Of a stretch of 64,000 bases of DNA, positions 1 to 12,744 are shown piece by piece (within the stretch, counting starts at the first letter, position 1; every line of letters starts with the position of its first letter). Source of the stretch: Rhina ancylostomus (Eukaryota). The position numbers and the translations under genes are program-made. The stretch covers positions 92,178,283 to 92,242,282 of the forward strand of contig JARFYF010000094.1 of the NCBI GenBank assembly GCA_030265395.1, read 5' to 3'. The notes under the pieces were generated by a model, which ran no database searches, was not told the DNA's origin, and saw nothing but the letters and a program-made list of their open reading frames with translations.

Positions 1-170
1 CCCTCTTTTGTCCACCTATCACTGCTCTGCTTTTCCCTCCTATAAATTGGGCTTCCCCTTTTCCCATCTTCAGTCCTTAGGAAGGGTCCTGACCTGAAAC
101 GTTGACTGCCTGCTTCTCTCCACGGATGCTGCCTGGCCTGCTGGATTCCTCCAGCATCTTGTTGTCTTTT
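1..170 (+). mobile_element. Penelope-like terminal repeat with a degenerate minimal hammerhead motif (71-108)
   Basis: CAGTC-CTTAGGA-AGGGTCCTGACCT-GAAAC-GTT-GACTG followed by GATGCTGCCTGGCCTGCTGGATTCCTCCAGCA. Bases 1-43 are identical to 34324-34366. Confidence 0.7.
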
Positions 171-947
171 CATTATGGCCTGAACTAACTAGTTAGTATC
201 AGACAAATTGAATTATTTATTTGCTCATGAAATCCCTTCTGTGCCTGTGATTTTCTGCTAATCTTGGCTTCAGATACAGTTACCTGGAACAAGTGATAAA
301 TCTATCACACTGCAAGAGCAGGAAGATAAGGTTAATTGAAGATGCAATTTTATTATGATTCTGTTGGTTAATACAGAGTTCTATTGTCAGAAGCAGGTAA
401 TAGGTTGCTTTTGTCACATTCTGTAATAAAAATATCAATATATGGAAATGTAAATATGGGAACAAACAATATTTTAAAATAAGGAATTAAAAAAAATTAA
501 AATAAAGCTACTCAGTCATAAACCAGCAAATCCTTAGAGACGTTCCTGGTCAGAGGAATGCAAATGATGGGACAGCTTAACAATTGAACAGCGTAAGGGG
601 ATCTGAACAGGTACTATTACTTTAAATGATGGCATTAACGTAATTTATCAAGTTCAGCTACCTCCTATTGCAGTTTACAGCATTTATTATGTGGACCAGA
701 CAAAGGATAACAGTATCCATGGCAGGGAACTGCTTTACTGGGATATTTTTATCAGCAAGTTACAAGATGTGAATAATGCCAAGTTAGGTTGTGCGTAGCT
801 TTGTAGGACATGAAACATATTGGGAATATAATCTGAGCAAATCTGCTAAAATTTCTTTATATTACTTCGAGGTGTGGTGCAATAGTTTTGTACATGTGCA
901 CTTAACTCTAGATAACATGCCAAAACAAAAGCAACATGTTGTCTTAC

Positions 948-2307
948 CTGTATATAGGATCCATGAAGAAAGGGGTTGGTTTGGCATGCTGCAGAGAATG
1001 GTCTGAACTTTTGGCTTGCTCAACACTGGAGCCCCTCCTCTCCCCAAACACGTGATTCTTTCGGGGCTCCACCACGGTGCTTGCACTGGCCCGGCTTCTG
1101 CTACTCATGCTCAGATCCAGTGGCTGCTCTTCACTTGCATAATGAGAAGTCAGTGGCTTTAAGGTCACAGGTGGCATTGGCTTCTCCTCCTTGCGTTTGG
1201 TGGTGAGGTCAAAGGGTGATTCGGAATTTGCACTCCTCAGCTTCTTCAGCTCACTGGGTGACTGGGGTTCTATTTTTAAGGGTACAGCACTTAAGTCTCT
1301 ATCTGGGAATGGGTACATTGGTTGAGAAAAGGCAGGAAAAAATTGAAAAGGGAACATGGAAGGGTATGGCAGAGGCCCTACTTTTTTATCTTGCATGCCA
1401 ACAAGTCCAGTAGAACCAAAGTACTTCTCAGCAATAGAAGCAATAGCCTTAATAGAGTCATTAACAGCTCCTGTCACTGCAATCTGCTCATCCAGTGGGG
1501 GGGAGAAAAGTGAGTGGTTGGAAAATTCTCTCTTATTGTTGTTCATAGGGACTACTTTTTGGGGGCTATTTGCTTTCTCTGCTGCAGTTTTGCCATTTTC
1601 TTTATTTTTCTCTTTGTCGCTTTCAATGTCGCTTTCCAGATCAGATCCGGAGGTCGTCTCTAAGTCACTGCCACTGGGTGTACTGACATCATCGAGGTCA
1701 CTGCTCTCTGACTGGTCACTAGTTTTACCCCGTGGCTTCTCCTCAGAAGACTTCTCAGATGGAACCTCCAGGGGTCGAACTTCATCTGAAGATGACTGCC
1801 GACTTGTTGCTTTCAAAGTGTCTGGTGTGTTTGGCAGCGCCTGGGATGACGACAACAACTGGCTTTGGTGTTTGGTGTTTTGTTCAGTGCCTGATAGCCC
1901 TTTCACCGGTGAGCTAGCAGGTATCAACTGTGGCCTGTGGTAAAGTCCTGAGGGAAACAGACCAGGAAAGCTAAATGGAAAGCCAGGGGCTGCTGGGAAA
2001 GTAAGTCCAGCCGGGTGCCTGTTTGCACCAAAATAGTCAGCAAGGCCAGGATTGCTGTGATTCAAGTTAACCAAACTCGACTTCTCCAGAGTTGGAGCAT
2101 TTGCAAGGGTAATGCCTTGACCAAATAAGCCCCCTGTGGTGAAATGGTTCTTCCCCTCACAGAATCGTCTATGCTTGTTTAATGATGAGGTCGTGCTGAA
2201 CATCTGACCGCAGTCCTTGCATTTGATTTGCGTTCTGCAGTCTGCATGCATCCTTTTGTGGCGGCACAGGTTGGAAAACTGTGTATATGATTTGTGACAA
2301 ACTTCAC
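948..2307 (-). CDS. MECOM: MECOM/EVI1 large coding exon (1360 nt): zinc fingers 6-7, Ser/acidic region, CtBP motifs PFDLT (1202-1216) and PLDLS (1109-1123)
   Basis: Translation [49 protein letters not shown]...[18 protein letters not shown]...PFDLT...PLDLS...PFFMDPIYR is recognisably EVI1. Acceptor TTTTCATATGCAG|GT at 2308/2307, donor ACAG|GTAAGA at 948/947. Phase matches the upstream exon (T|GT = Cys). Confidence 0.97.
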
Positions 2308-3119
2308 CTGCATATGAAAAATGGAAACATGTCAATCACCACGCANNNNNNNNNNNNNNNNNNNNNNNNNNNNNNNNNNNNNNNNNNNNNNNNNNNNNNN
2401 NNNNNNNNNNNNNNNNNNNNNNNNNNNNNNNNNNNNNNNNNNNNNACCACGCACCTCCACAGTTGGAGCAGAGGGAACATTGAAGTGATATAGTTTGGAC
2501 GTCCCCTACACAAAGGCTACCTGCAGGAGATATGAGCAATTCAGTGAAAAATATGTAGTGGTCTCCCAACACCTTTACTCATCAGCCTGATAGATCCATC
2601 ACAAGACAAAGTTCATCCTGAAAAATATCACACTTATAATTAAAACACATTGTTTTATGGAGAGCATTCCTGTAACGAGAAAACCCAGGGTTTGCTCCCT
2701 TTATCCACTTTGTAACCCCTTATAAAAGTGCTATCCCATTAAAATCTTGGTAAAATATTGGACGGGCGATTGATTTAAGGGGAATAACTAGAATTTAGGG
2801 CATACATAGGGCATTATTATTGGTGTTGTTTACTTTGTCATGTGAATTGTATGAGTAGGTGTAAATGGAACATGAAGCACTTTCATTTCAAATACCCTGT
2901 GTTGGCATCAAGCAGCAGAGTTAAATAGAGAACGCTGCCTCAGCAATCTATTTGACATGTTTTTGTGGCCTCCAAGGAGAATGAGTATTTTCATTTAAAT
3001 GAGTTCAAATTAAAGCCAGGGCGTCTCCATACCTAGTGGGAACCAAACCAAATTGACAAATTTATTTCAGATAGAACTGAGAGCAAGCAAAGATGCCCCG
3101 TACCACTGGATTTAAAAAA

Positions 3120-3430
3120 GACATTACTTGCACTTACACAGCCCCAGGTCAACCCAAAGCACCTTACATTTGATGTTGTAGTTGTGAAGAGTACACAGTA
3201 TTGTAATGTAGAAATTCAGCAGCCATTTTGCACTGAGCAACTTTCCATAAACAGCAATGTGATATTCTCCATGTAATCAGCTTTGGAGGTAATGAATGAG
3301 ATATATACGTTGGCTAAGAAACCAGAAAAAACTCCCTTTCTCTTCAATGCTCCTGGAGTTTTTACATCCATCTAAGAGGACAGACAGAACATTGGTTTGA
3401 TGCTTCACCTGAAATACAGTGACATGGGCT
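3120..3430 (-). mobile_element. Ancient Deu-type SINE relic (AmnSINE1/SacSINE1-like)
   Basis: CCCAAAGCAC...TTGTAATGTAGAAA..CAGCAGCCATTTTGCAC...CCATAAACAGCAATG resembles the antisense Deu domain and tail. Related to 10030-10320 and 12400-12550. Confidence 0.65.
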
Positions 3431-6199
3431 GCAATGTACCGTCAGCCTATTGGAACCCAGGTCCCCGAGTTGGAAGATTTCATCTACTGCGCCACCCAAT
3501 TCCCAGCACCCATAAACACAAGATTTTAACCCATTTCTGGTGTGTGTTTCCAAAAGGTCAATTTCTCTATTATGGCTGAGGTGAGACTCCCATACCACTC
3601 AGTACATGCCTGTATCCATATATAATAGGAGTTATTGCAGCAGTGAATTACATGGAGCCCACTGGAGTCACTTGTTGGTGCTCTTGTTCAGGTCTTGTTT
3701 AATTTGAGTAGATCAGCTTGGAGGTCATTAAATCTAATTGCATGGCCAAGGTTTTGACTAATGCTGTTGCCTAAGGAAAGTTATATATAAGGCAATGACT
3801 TTTCCCTTCTGTGCATGTGAAACTGACTAATTGGAACAGTTACAGCAGTACTTTGCTCTGAATTCCCATTATGCAGTAAAGTACAGTTTTTGAATGGAAC
3901 CAGATGTTATTCTTCTAAGAATCCTGGAGCCTCAGATGGTATCTTGGGATCTGCACTTGTTAATAATGAATTGTTGCTGTAGTCATACTCATCCTTTGCA
4001 CATCAAAGAAGGAAAACAATGGGTATTGAGTGCTCTGAATCACTTGTCAACAACTTTTTTTTAACATTTGTAAAAGACTGACAAAGTATCACAATGCAAT
4101 GATCCCGTCGCTATTTTAAGCAGAAAAGAAGGAAGCTGAATTGAATGTATCCCATCCTGCACTCTTAGTTCCCATGGTCCTACAATCACGTCCTCTATTT
4201 CCCCTCTTACTGTTCCTGATGGTAGCCTTCCTGCATTTGAACGTTTCTCTAACCTCAGCCATTCACATTAAACACTAATGGATAAATAGAAAATACTGAA
4301 GTGTTTCAATGATGCCAATGATACACTGAAGTAGGCTGCAAAATGTTATGTACCTTCAATTAAAGCATTACTTCCTATCTGCTGATGACCATTACAGAGT
4401 ACAGAGGAAACTATTAATAAACTGTACAGTTATGTAACATGCAAAAGTTCATCAACAGCAGAAAAGCTAAATTATTCTGCAATTAATGCAATAAAAGCTG
4501 AATTAAGCTGAATTCATGTAACTGCTGGTATATTTGGATACAGGCATATACTGAGTGGAATGGGAATTCCAACCCAACCATAATGGACCTTTGAAAATAC
4601 ACTCCAGAAATGGGTTAAAAGCTTGTGTAAACTGATAATTTTAAAAAGCCTGGAATACATGGCTTATAATGTGTGAAAACAAACCATTAAGTGCAGCTGA
4701 AAGCAGGGACATCTTAACCTGAGTTTTTTTTAATGTTAGACTTAGATGCTCTGAAAGTCAGAAATCACTCATAAGAGAATAGTGCTGGATGCATACAGCT
4801 GATTGTCTTGCTGTGAGTGGGGGAAATTTCCTTCTTTGATAAAATTCAGAGATGTACTTTGTGGACTTTTTTCTAGCACTTACAAATCAATTGCAACCTA
4901 AAGTCTAAAATAATTTCACCTGAAAAGGTTATTTTAAATATGAGGGTGGGATACAAACTTTAATGCAACTTTGCAGATTCCAAAGACTTTCAATGAAAAT
5001 TTATCCCCAGAAACAGCAGACTATTTTATGCAGTACAGCATTTTGGTCCACAGATCCACTAAGGTCCTGTTGGATGACTGATCTAAGGATGTGTTTGATG
5101 TAGCTCAAGTACTGGATTCCCTATACTTATTACCTTCGTTTCTTCTATGGTCTTGACTGGCAGTGTATTTTACATTCAAATGAGAGAAACAGCACATTTA
5201 TCTAATAATTTTTTATGAGTGGGACTTATTTTGGTCTGCCCATGTGACCTAATTATGTCCTTTGACAGTCTCTAGCTGTTTATCTATACCATCTGTCCTG
5301 ATGTGGATAAAGTAGCAAAATCAACGCACTTCAGTGGAGAGCACAAGTGACAGCTGCTCTCAGCTAGATCAGGACAAATAATTCGCCTTCACCAGGAATA
5401 AGAATTAGTTGGTATCGTCCAGTTACGATTTGGGAGCTGAATTACAGTGGTTTGTGCTACATTTTTCCCCCACCTTCCTAGTACTTGTCAGCTTCCTGAG
5501 CACATCCCACCATTTTCTCTAGGCTTTGGCACTTCTGTGCATATCCAGTCATGGTTTTGCACCTTTTGGGAAGGTTTTGATCTTATACAATAGTCAGAAT
5601 GAGCAACAACAAATCAGCAGCTTATTGACTTCAATTGAGTAAAACAGAGGGCTGTAAATTCACTAATGCTCAAAATCAACCTGTGAACTCTCATTAAGGG
5701 GAGGAGACCCCCACCAGACGAATACAGGAGTGGAAAATCTTGTACATTTTTGTTGTGAAATCTTAAAAGGCAGAGCTTAGAAAGCACCATCACTGAATGC
5801 TTAAGTTCCAATGACATTGTCCTCTCTGCCATTTAATGGAGGCATTAACTCATTAAAAGTAAATCATGTAACTGGTCTGTCAAAATAGGAAATAGAGGGA
5901 TCGTACTTGGACAAAATAAGCATTTATTCACTTTAATTGGCCAGGTCGAGATTTATTCTCTGTATTGAAAATAAAAATGATTTCAAATTGTAAAATTCCA
6001 AACAATGTTGACATAATGTTATTTTTTCAGGCAGCAATTGAAAGCTAAATTTTGTGTTCTCAGGTGGGCCTGACGAGCTCCAGGTAGATTGGGATTTGCA
6101 TTTTATTAGAGTAAAAGATGCTTAATCAATCAACTAAATAGCTCCATAAAATGTGAAATCACCTGGGTGACTCTAGCCTCACACTATAAGAGATCCTCC

Positions 6200-6345
6200 C
6201 TTTATCCTATCTGTCACTCTCCCGCTCTAGAACTTAAAGCTAACTCATTTTTTCTCTTTCTCAGATCTGAGGCAGGATCTTTGACCATATCTTTCCACAA
6301 ATGCTGCCTGACCTGCAAAGAGTTTTGACCATTTTCTGTTTTTAC
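6200..6345 (+). mobile_element. Degenerate Penelope-like repeat tail
   Basis: TCTGAGGCAGGATCTTTGACC...CACAAATGCTGCCTGACCTGC resembles the tail at 1-170. Confidence 0.5.
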
Positions 6346-6597
6346 TGCAATTGATATTATTCTTTCTTGATTCCAACCAAATTGATACTCCCAATCTTAG
6401 GAAGCAAAGATAATTCTCCTTGTGAAATACACAACTTTAAACCATTGATCATTAGCATAAAATTCTAAAGCACAATTGTAAAAGACAAAAGCTCTTTTGA
6501 AGAATTGAATTAATTGACAACAACATGAAAACTTGGCCAGAGGAAACGCATGTCTTTGGTTTAGTCCTTTAAGAAAAGAGTCACTGGCCTATTGACT

Positions 6598-6890
6598 GTG
6601 AGAACATAACAAATAGAAGGGTAGATTGATTGGTCCCTCATCTTGCTCCACCGTTCTATAAGAATTTTTAACTCAGTGTTACATTCCTACACTGACCCCA
6701 TATCTCTTGATATGCTAAAACCTATTGATCTCTGTCTTGAATAAAATCAGCAACGGAGCCTCAATAGCTTTCTTTGGTTCCAAAGATTCTCTACTCTCTG
6801 GGTAAGAAATTTATTCTCATCTCAGTCATGTCCTATACACCTCATCCAGGGGAATTGTCACTCCTGTATCTATCCTATCAAGCCCTTTTT
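6598..6890 (-). mobile_element. Degenerate CR1 3' fragment
   Basis: GAACATAAC...CTTGCTCCACCGTTC...TTCCAAAGATTC...CTCTGGGTAAGAAATT matches the antisense CR1 tail. Confidence 0.6.
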
Positions 6891-7484
6891 GGGAATGGAT
6901 ATTTTAACATTGTCTGGGGATGAAACTATTGTTTCAAATAATCAATTTGTTATAGAAACCTTGCCAATCTAATTTCCATCAATTTAAGGGAAATAACAAT
7001 AGTTCATCTTCCTCAGTGTGCAACTGCTCCAAGATGTCCTTGTGTTAGATTTTACAAGCAAAAGGAATCAACATACTACTCTGCCATTCATTAATGTTGA
7101 TGCCCAGTGCCAGTTCACACATGTAATGTTTGATTAAATGGAGGCAAACATTGGCCAGCTTCATAGTGGGTGGTCAATCCAAAATGAAGTTTAATACTGG
7201 GTTGTTAAGTTGACAATCTAATGCAGTCAATTTAATTATTTCACTCTGCTTCAGGTGTACGTTCGCTTTTATTAAGGAATGCTTCTAAATATTATGAAAG
7301 AGTTAGTAAAGCCGCACTTGCCAATCATAGATTTGCTGGACAACAATGTAACAGAGGCAAGGATAAAGATCTACTGAAATAATTATCCAACTTCTACCAT
7401 CACATGCAAAGTGTCAGCCTGTTCAGTGGCTACATCCTTACACCTTTGCTTCTGAAGAAAATGAATTGAATCTCTGCTCCAGAC

Positions 7485-7740
7485 ATCTGAAGGAGTACTG
7501 CACCATTGGAGGTGCTCTTTTTTTGGATGAGATGCTATGCTACGGTTCTCCTCTCACAACTCAACAAAGAGGATGCTGTAGCACTATTTGACCACCATCA
7601 CCAAAAACAGACTGATTGGTAATTATAGCAGATGCACTGGTAGAAGCTGAAGGCTGTGCTTATCTACAAAGCAATTGTGTCTACATTTCAGAGTAATTCA
7701 GCGCAAAGTGCTTTGAGATACTCTAATAATGTGCAAGTTA
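7485..7740 (+). mobile_element. Deu-type SINE relic
   Basis: GTACTGCACCATTGGAGGTGCTCTTTT.GGATGAGATG...GCACTATTTGA...ATCACCAAAAACAGA...AAAGTGCTTTGAGA. Confidence 0.55.
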
Positions 7741-10029
7741 TGAGACTGTTAGCCAGGTCAACCTCAGCAGCTTGGCTTCAGTGATTGACCTTCAATGAAT
7801 ATAAGGCAGGAGGTAATTGTAAATGTAACTGTGAAATATTCGTGTGCAAAAAGTGAATGCATGTACTTGAAAATGATTTGTCAAAGATTTTGAAGATGGT
7901 ATGAATCTATTCACTTCACACAAAATGGTAAGTGATGAGAATACAGAAATTGTGAAATCAACATAGAACCATTTAATATGTGTACATGACATCCTTTCAT
8001 CAACTATTTTAGTGGAAGTTATGATATTTCAATGCGTGACACCGTTGCAAGATCAGAGCCTGGTAACAGTTATATAAGTCATGGTCTCCTGTCACCAGGA
8101 TTGTCATAATCCTTTCCGATCATGATAAAATTATCCCCAGGCCAATTTAGTGGACCTGCATGAAGTTTAAAGTCCAATATGTAAATTCCACTCAATCCTA
8201 ATCCCAGTTCTGAGCCTCTGGGTTCTGATTCTAGCTGGTACTTGTTACATTTTCTGTTCTTTTTTGAGCTGGTCACTATTTGCTAACTGCTGCCCAAATT
8301 TACATCACCTATGGATTGAGATGTCCGAGTCAACATCCTGACCCACAATGATGCAGGATCTTAAATTCACTTATACAAGAAAGGAACAGATTCCAAGTAG
8401 CTTATTTGCTGTCCAGTGTTTCAAATGGTCAAAGTGGAGCAGGATGGGAGCAGATGTGGTGAAATGTTCCAAACAGTGAGGGTCCCAGAAAGAGCAGGTA
8501 GAGTGAAACTGGTCCCAACAGTGAAAGGGTTGAGAGCCAGAGGGGATTGGCAGAGGTGCCGTAAGTAAAATTACATACTTGAACCTTAGCTATGCAGAAG
8601 GTACAGCATCTTGAATGCACAGCATTTGGATACATTGCCAGACAGGGTGGTATGGAGAGATATAATCAAAAATTGAATTGGATAATGATTTGAAAAAAAT
8701 TGCAAGGCATGTGGAAAGGGCAGACTATTGGTACCAGTGGCACTGTTCTTGCAGACAGCCAGTATGGATTCTATAAACCAAATGGCCTTCATTTCTACTG
8801 CTATTATTCTAAGATTTGGTGAAGTGAAATGTGGCAGTATATGCCTACCTGCAGCTAGGGTTTTCATTCATCTTCAAGTATTGAGTAAACTTCACACAGG
8901 ATTACATGTATACTTTACACAGGATTATACTCCTAGAGGGATGAGGAGAAAATGTTTTCTCTTTTGTGGCTGTGAGAGTTTCTGTTTGCAGAAAACCTGC
9001 AAAGACACCCTGGGCATAGGTCAATAGAAGAGCACTGCCCACACAGAGGCAGATTACCTCCTGGATATTAATTTGATCAAGTTTGCAAACATGAGTAAAT
9101 CTGTGAGGGGTGTTTTAGAATGAGCCAACAGATTTTCATGCATATAATAGCCCGTCCCCAAATGTACTCCTACTGGGTAGAAGAAAATTATTAAAATAAA
9201 TTATTAGTTTAAAGGATTATGAATGCCGATACTTATTTTTCAAATACCATGCAGAGTTTCATGGAGGAATATCAAGAATATAAATTAATTATTGATTCCT
9301 CAACTCATATACATTGCAGGTTAATTATATGAGAGATTTCTAAGATTATCACAGTGGAGAATTTAAAGGAAGCCCTGCAACAAAATGCTGTTAATAATGT
9401 TGGGTATATTGTAATATTACACCTGAGGGTTAAGTATTTTAACTGATTTTTAAAACTACTGATGACAAACTGGTAGTAATACAAATATTTTCTGTCTGTT
9501 GACAAGCAGTTGATTTCAGCTGCAATTGGCCAGCCATTTGGAATCATAGTTTTAGTGAACAGTGATCCACAGTTAAGATCCACCGACTCTTCACAGAAAC
9601 TGAACAATAGAGGAAAGATAATGACAAAAAGTGTCATAGAATTGAATGCATGCAAGATAATAGGAGCTTCCAAGCACCATCTTGGAACTAGATTGTCCAA
9701 TGAAAGGTGGCTTGTTCTTTGTCACATGATAACCTTTGATCCTTTCCAAGCAGATGAACACTTGCCAATGCAGAGGAAACAACTCTTGGTGATACAGTCA
9801 CACTGCTTTCACTCATAGCAAAGCACTATCTGTGTTAGGGGAAATGCTCAATCAGAACTTTACACAGCGATCACTCTAAGATATAATTTTATCAAAATTA
9901 AAGAAAACTATAAATTTATANNNNNNNNNNNNNNNNNNNNNNNNNNNNNNNNNNNNNNNNNNNNNNNNNNNNNNNNNNNNNNNNNNNNNNNNNNNNNNNN
10001 NNNNNNNNNNNNNNNNNNNNTAAATTTAT

Positions 10030-10320
10030 ATGGGACCTTTCTAACCTCAGGATCTCCCAAAGCACCTTTCAACCATGATGCTCATTTATTTGTCTAGTCA
10101 CTATTGTAAATTAGGGAAACAATGTGGACAATTCACACACAGTTAGATCCCATGAACGATCTCCTGATCATTCATTTCGGCAGATGTGTTTAAGGAATGA
10201 TCATGGGTCAGGACATGCAGAAAACCCCCAAACCTGAGCTCTTTCTGTCAAACAGTGCCATGGGATGTCACACACCCATATGATGGGCCAAAAATCTCAT
10301 CCAAAGGATGGAAATATTTA
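10030..10320 (-). mobile_element. Deu-type SINE relic
   Basis: CTCAGGATCTCCCAAAGCAC...TAGTCACTATTGTAA...CAGTGCCATGGGATG...CTCATCCAAAGGATGG. Confidence 0.6.
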
Positions 10321-10424
10321 TGAGAAATGAATTTTAATGTTTTATGAATCTTGCCCTTCCTAAATGAAAAGTGACAGACAAATTGGGGTAAACAACTGTG
10401 TGGGTTCAGTGTTCAGAACCAGAT

Positions 10425-10645
10425 AAGGTGGGAGAATCTCTGGAATTCTCTACCCCAGGTAGTAGTGGAGGTTAGATCACCTGAAGTATTGAAAATGGAG
10501 GTGGATACAATTCTGAAATATCAGGGAATTTAGAGCTATGGAAACCCGACACAGAGGAGTTGAGGCCTGGGGTAGATCAGCCATGATCATATTGAATGGC
10601 GGGGCAGGTTTGAGGATGTAGTTGGCCCACTCCTGCTCCTACTTT
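10425..10645 (+). mobile_element. CR1 3' fragment
   Basis: GAATCTCTGGAATTCTCTACCCCAG...GATCAGCCATGATCATATTGAATGGCGGGGCAGG...ACTCCTGCTCCTA. Confidence 0.8.
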
Positions 10646-11179
10646 CTTGTACTCTTGCGAGAACATTAAACAGTGAGCCAGCTTAAGTTAACCTCCATTG
10701 GCTTCTGCACACCATGATTCTGTTTGTCACATGGTGTAGGATTGGACTCACGTACAGTCCAGATTGGAGGTGGGGGGGGGCAGGGCTTGAATGAACCAGT
10801 TGTTTTTCACCAGTCTGCCTCCTGCTGACACATTACAAATAAACAGATTTATTCAATGCATTTCCACAACTTACCACCTCTCTACATTGTCAACCCAGTA
10901 TAGGAAACACACTTTCACAATCTTATCTTGGAATAAAGCATTAAACCTTTTGGTTGAACATCCAAGAACTGCTTGCACTGATACTAGTAAACCCACCTTT
11001 CTACTTGGATCAGCAATAACTGGCCAAGGTGTTTGAACACTGAAGGCTTCAGAGAATGTGGGGAACAAACAGCAAAGGACAGGGTCAGCCAGGATTGTAT
11101 TGAGTTGCAGAGCAGGATCAAATGCCATGTGACCTGGTCCTACATCTATTTCTTGTGTTCTTTTGTGCCTTCACAGTGG

Positions 11180-11450
11180 TGCCTCACAGTGCCAGAAACC
11201 CAGGTTCTCCCTGCAACTGCATAGGTTTCCTCTGGATGCTCTGGTTTCCTCCTACATCCCAAAAATGTTGGCGTTGGTAGGTTAATTTGCATTGTAAATT
11301 GTCCATAGTGCGGAGGTGAATGGTGGAATCGGGGGAGGGGGTTGGGGGGTTGGGGGGATCTGATAAAAATGTGGGGAGAATAAAAAATGGGTTTATTATA
11401 GGATTAGTGTAAATGGGTGGTTGATGGTTGGTGTGGACTTGGTGGGTCTT
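11180..11450 (+). mobile_element. Partial copy of the same V-type SINE family
   Basis: GGTTTCCTCTGGATGCTCTGGTTTCCTCCTACATCCCAAA...GGTTAATT...GGATTAGTGTAAATGGG. Confidence 0.8.
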
Positions 11451-12414
11451 TATAACCTCGCACAATAAGAGGAAGTATTCCATTATAACTCCTAAATACA
11501 AAAACATTTATTTGTTTTTCCATTATTAATTGAAATGAAACTATGGTAATATAGCCAGGAATTATCATTGAAATACTTGAAATGGCTCATATCAAAATCA
11601 TCTCTCTGTTTCAATACCTTTTTACAATATTAACTTGGCAAGTTAGGAATTTGGTACAACCACAGTAGGTGTTCATACAATTACATCAACAAAAGTTTTC
11701 TTCCTCTTCTCAAAGCAGTTATTCCTGTAGTAAAAGTATGTTGCTTTAAAAATGTTCCTATTTGTTTATCAAATGATGCATCTGAAACCTTCTGCGCAAT
11801 TAATTAAAACAAATCACTGCAAGATCATTGTGCCGATCAATACCTTACAGAAAATGTATCAATAGAAGTGATTTACCTCCTTTACATAACTCAAGAGCTC
11901 AACTGCCATTTTATAATCCAGAACTGGAATTCCAAACCTTTCAGTTGCTCTTCCCATTATATATGCATTTAGTTAATTAATAAAGATTGAACCATTTTTC
12001 AGGTGTATTTTTTAATCTTATTATTAAATTTCTATTTCACAAAAATGATGGCAAAAATAACCCTGTCATTCTGATTAAAAACTATTAAAATATGCAATCT
12101 TAAATATATTTTTGAAATAAAGGCAGAACACATTGCTCAAAGCAGTTATGAAGGTTAAATATCATCCAGATACAGCACAGGGCAATTGTTTAAAATTAGT
12201 CCTCGGACAGACTCTGGGGTCAGAATTAAAGTGGTTATAGACAGCACCCAATCTGTATGATTCCTGTATTATTCCTCACCTGCATGGACTGTGCTAACAT
12301 TGATAATCCTCACCCCCAGCTTTCCTTTTCTGTCCCCACTATCCCCAGAAAATACAATAGGCAAAGAAACATAAGATAAAGCTACTAAAAGGATGGAATT
12401 CATACATTCCCACA

Positions 12415-12550
12415 CTTTAGAAACTTTCTGTGTGTAAATTGGCTGCTGCATTTTCTACATTACAACAATGTCTACATTTCAAAAGTTCTCTATTGGTTGT
12501 AGAGTGCTCTGGAATGACCTGAGTCCATGAATAAAGCATCTATTTTCTTT
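12415..12550 (+). mobile_element. Deu-type SINE 3' relic
   Basis: GTGTAAATTGGCTGCTGCATTTTCTACATTACAACAATGTCTACATTTCAAAAGT...GTGCTCTGGAATGACCTGAG. Confidence 0.6.
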
Positions 12551-12629
12551 CAATAAAGACCTCAATAAGCCAATAGGAACCTGTTAAAAATGATTTCATT
12601 CAAAGATTCTTTTTGGAGTTGAGCTAAAC

Positions 12630-12730
12630 ATGGAGAAGGGTCTACTATCTGAAAGCAAGATATGTTTTTCTCTTTTCACAGATGCTGCCTGCCTCGCTGA
12701 GTGCCTCCAGCAATCTCTGTTTGTATTTCC
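12630..12730 (+). mobile_element. Degenerate Penelope-like repeat tail
   Basis: GAAGGGTCTACTATCTGAAA...CACAGATGCTGCCTGCCTCGCTGAGTGCCTCCAGCA. Confidence 0.55.
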
Positions 12731-12744
12731 AACACATCCTCCAA

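Noticed and set aside
278-330. Donor-like CCAG|GTAACT on the minus strand as the next MECOM exon
   Set aside because: The translation does not resemble the expected VEKRKLTDP... exon, which should lie left of the window.
1356-1943. 195-aa plus-strand ORF
   Set aside because: Antisense shadow of the MECOM exon, with no ATG-led independent signal or recognisable domain.
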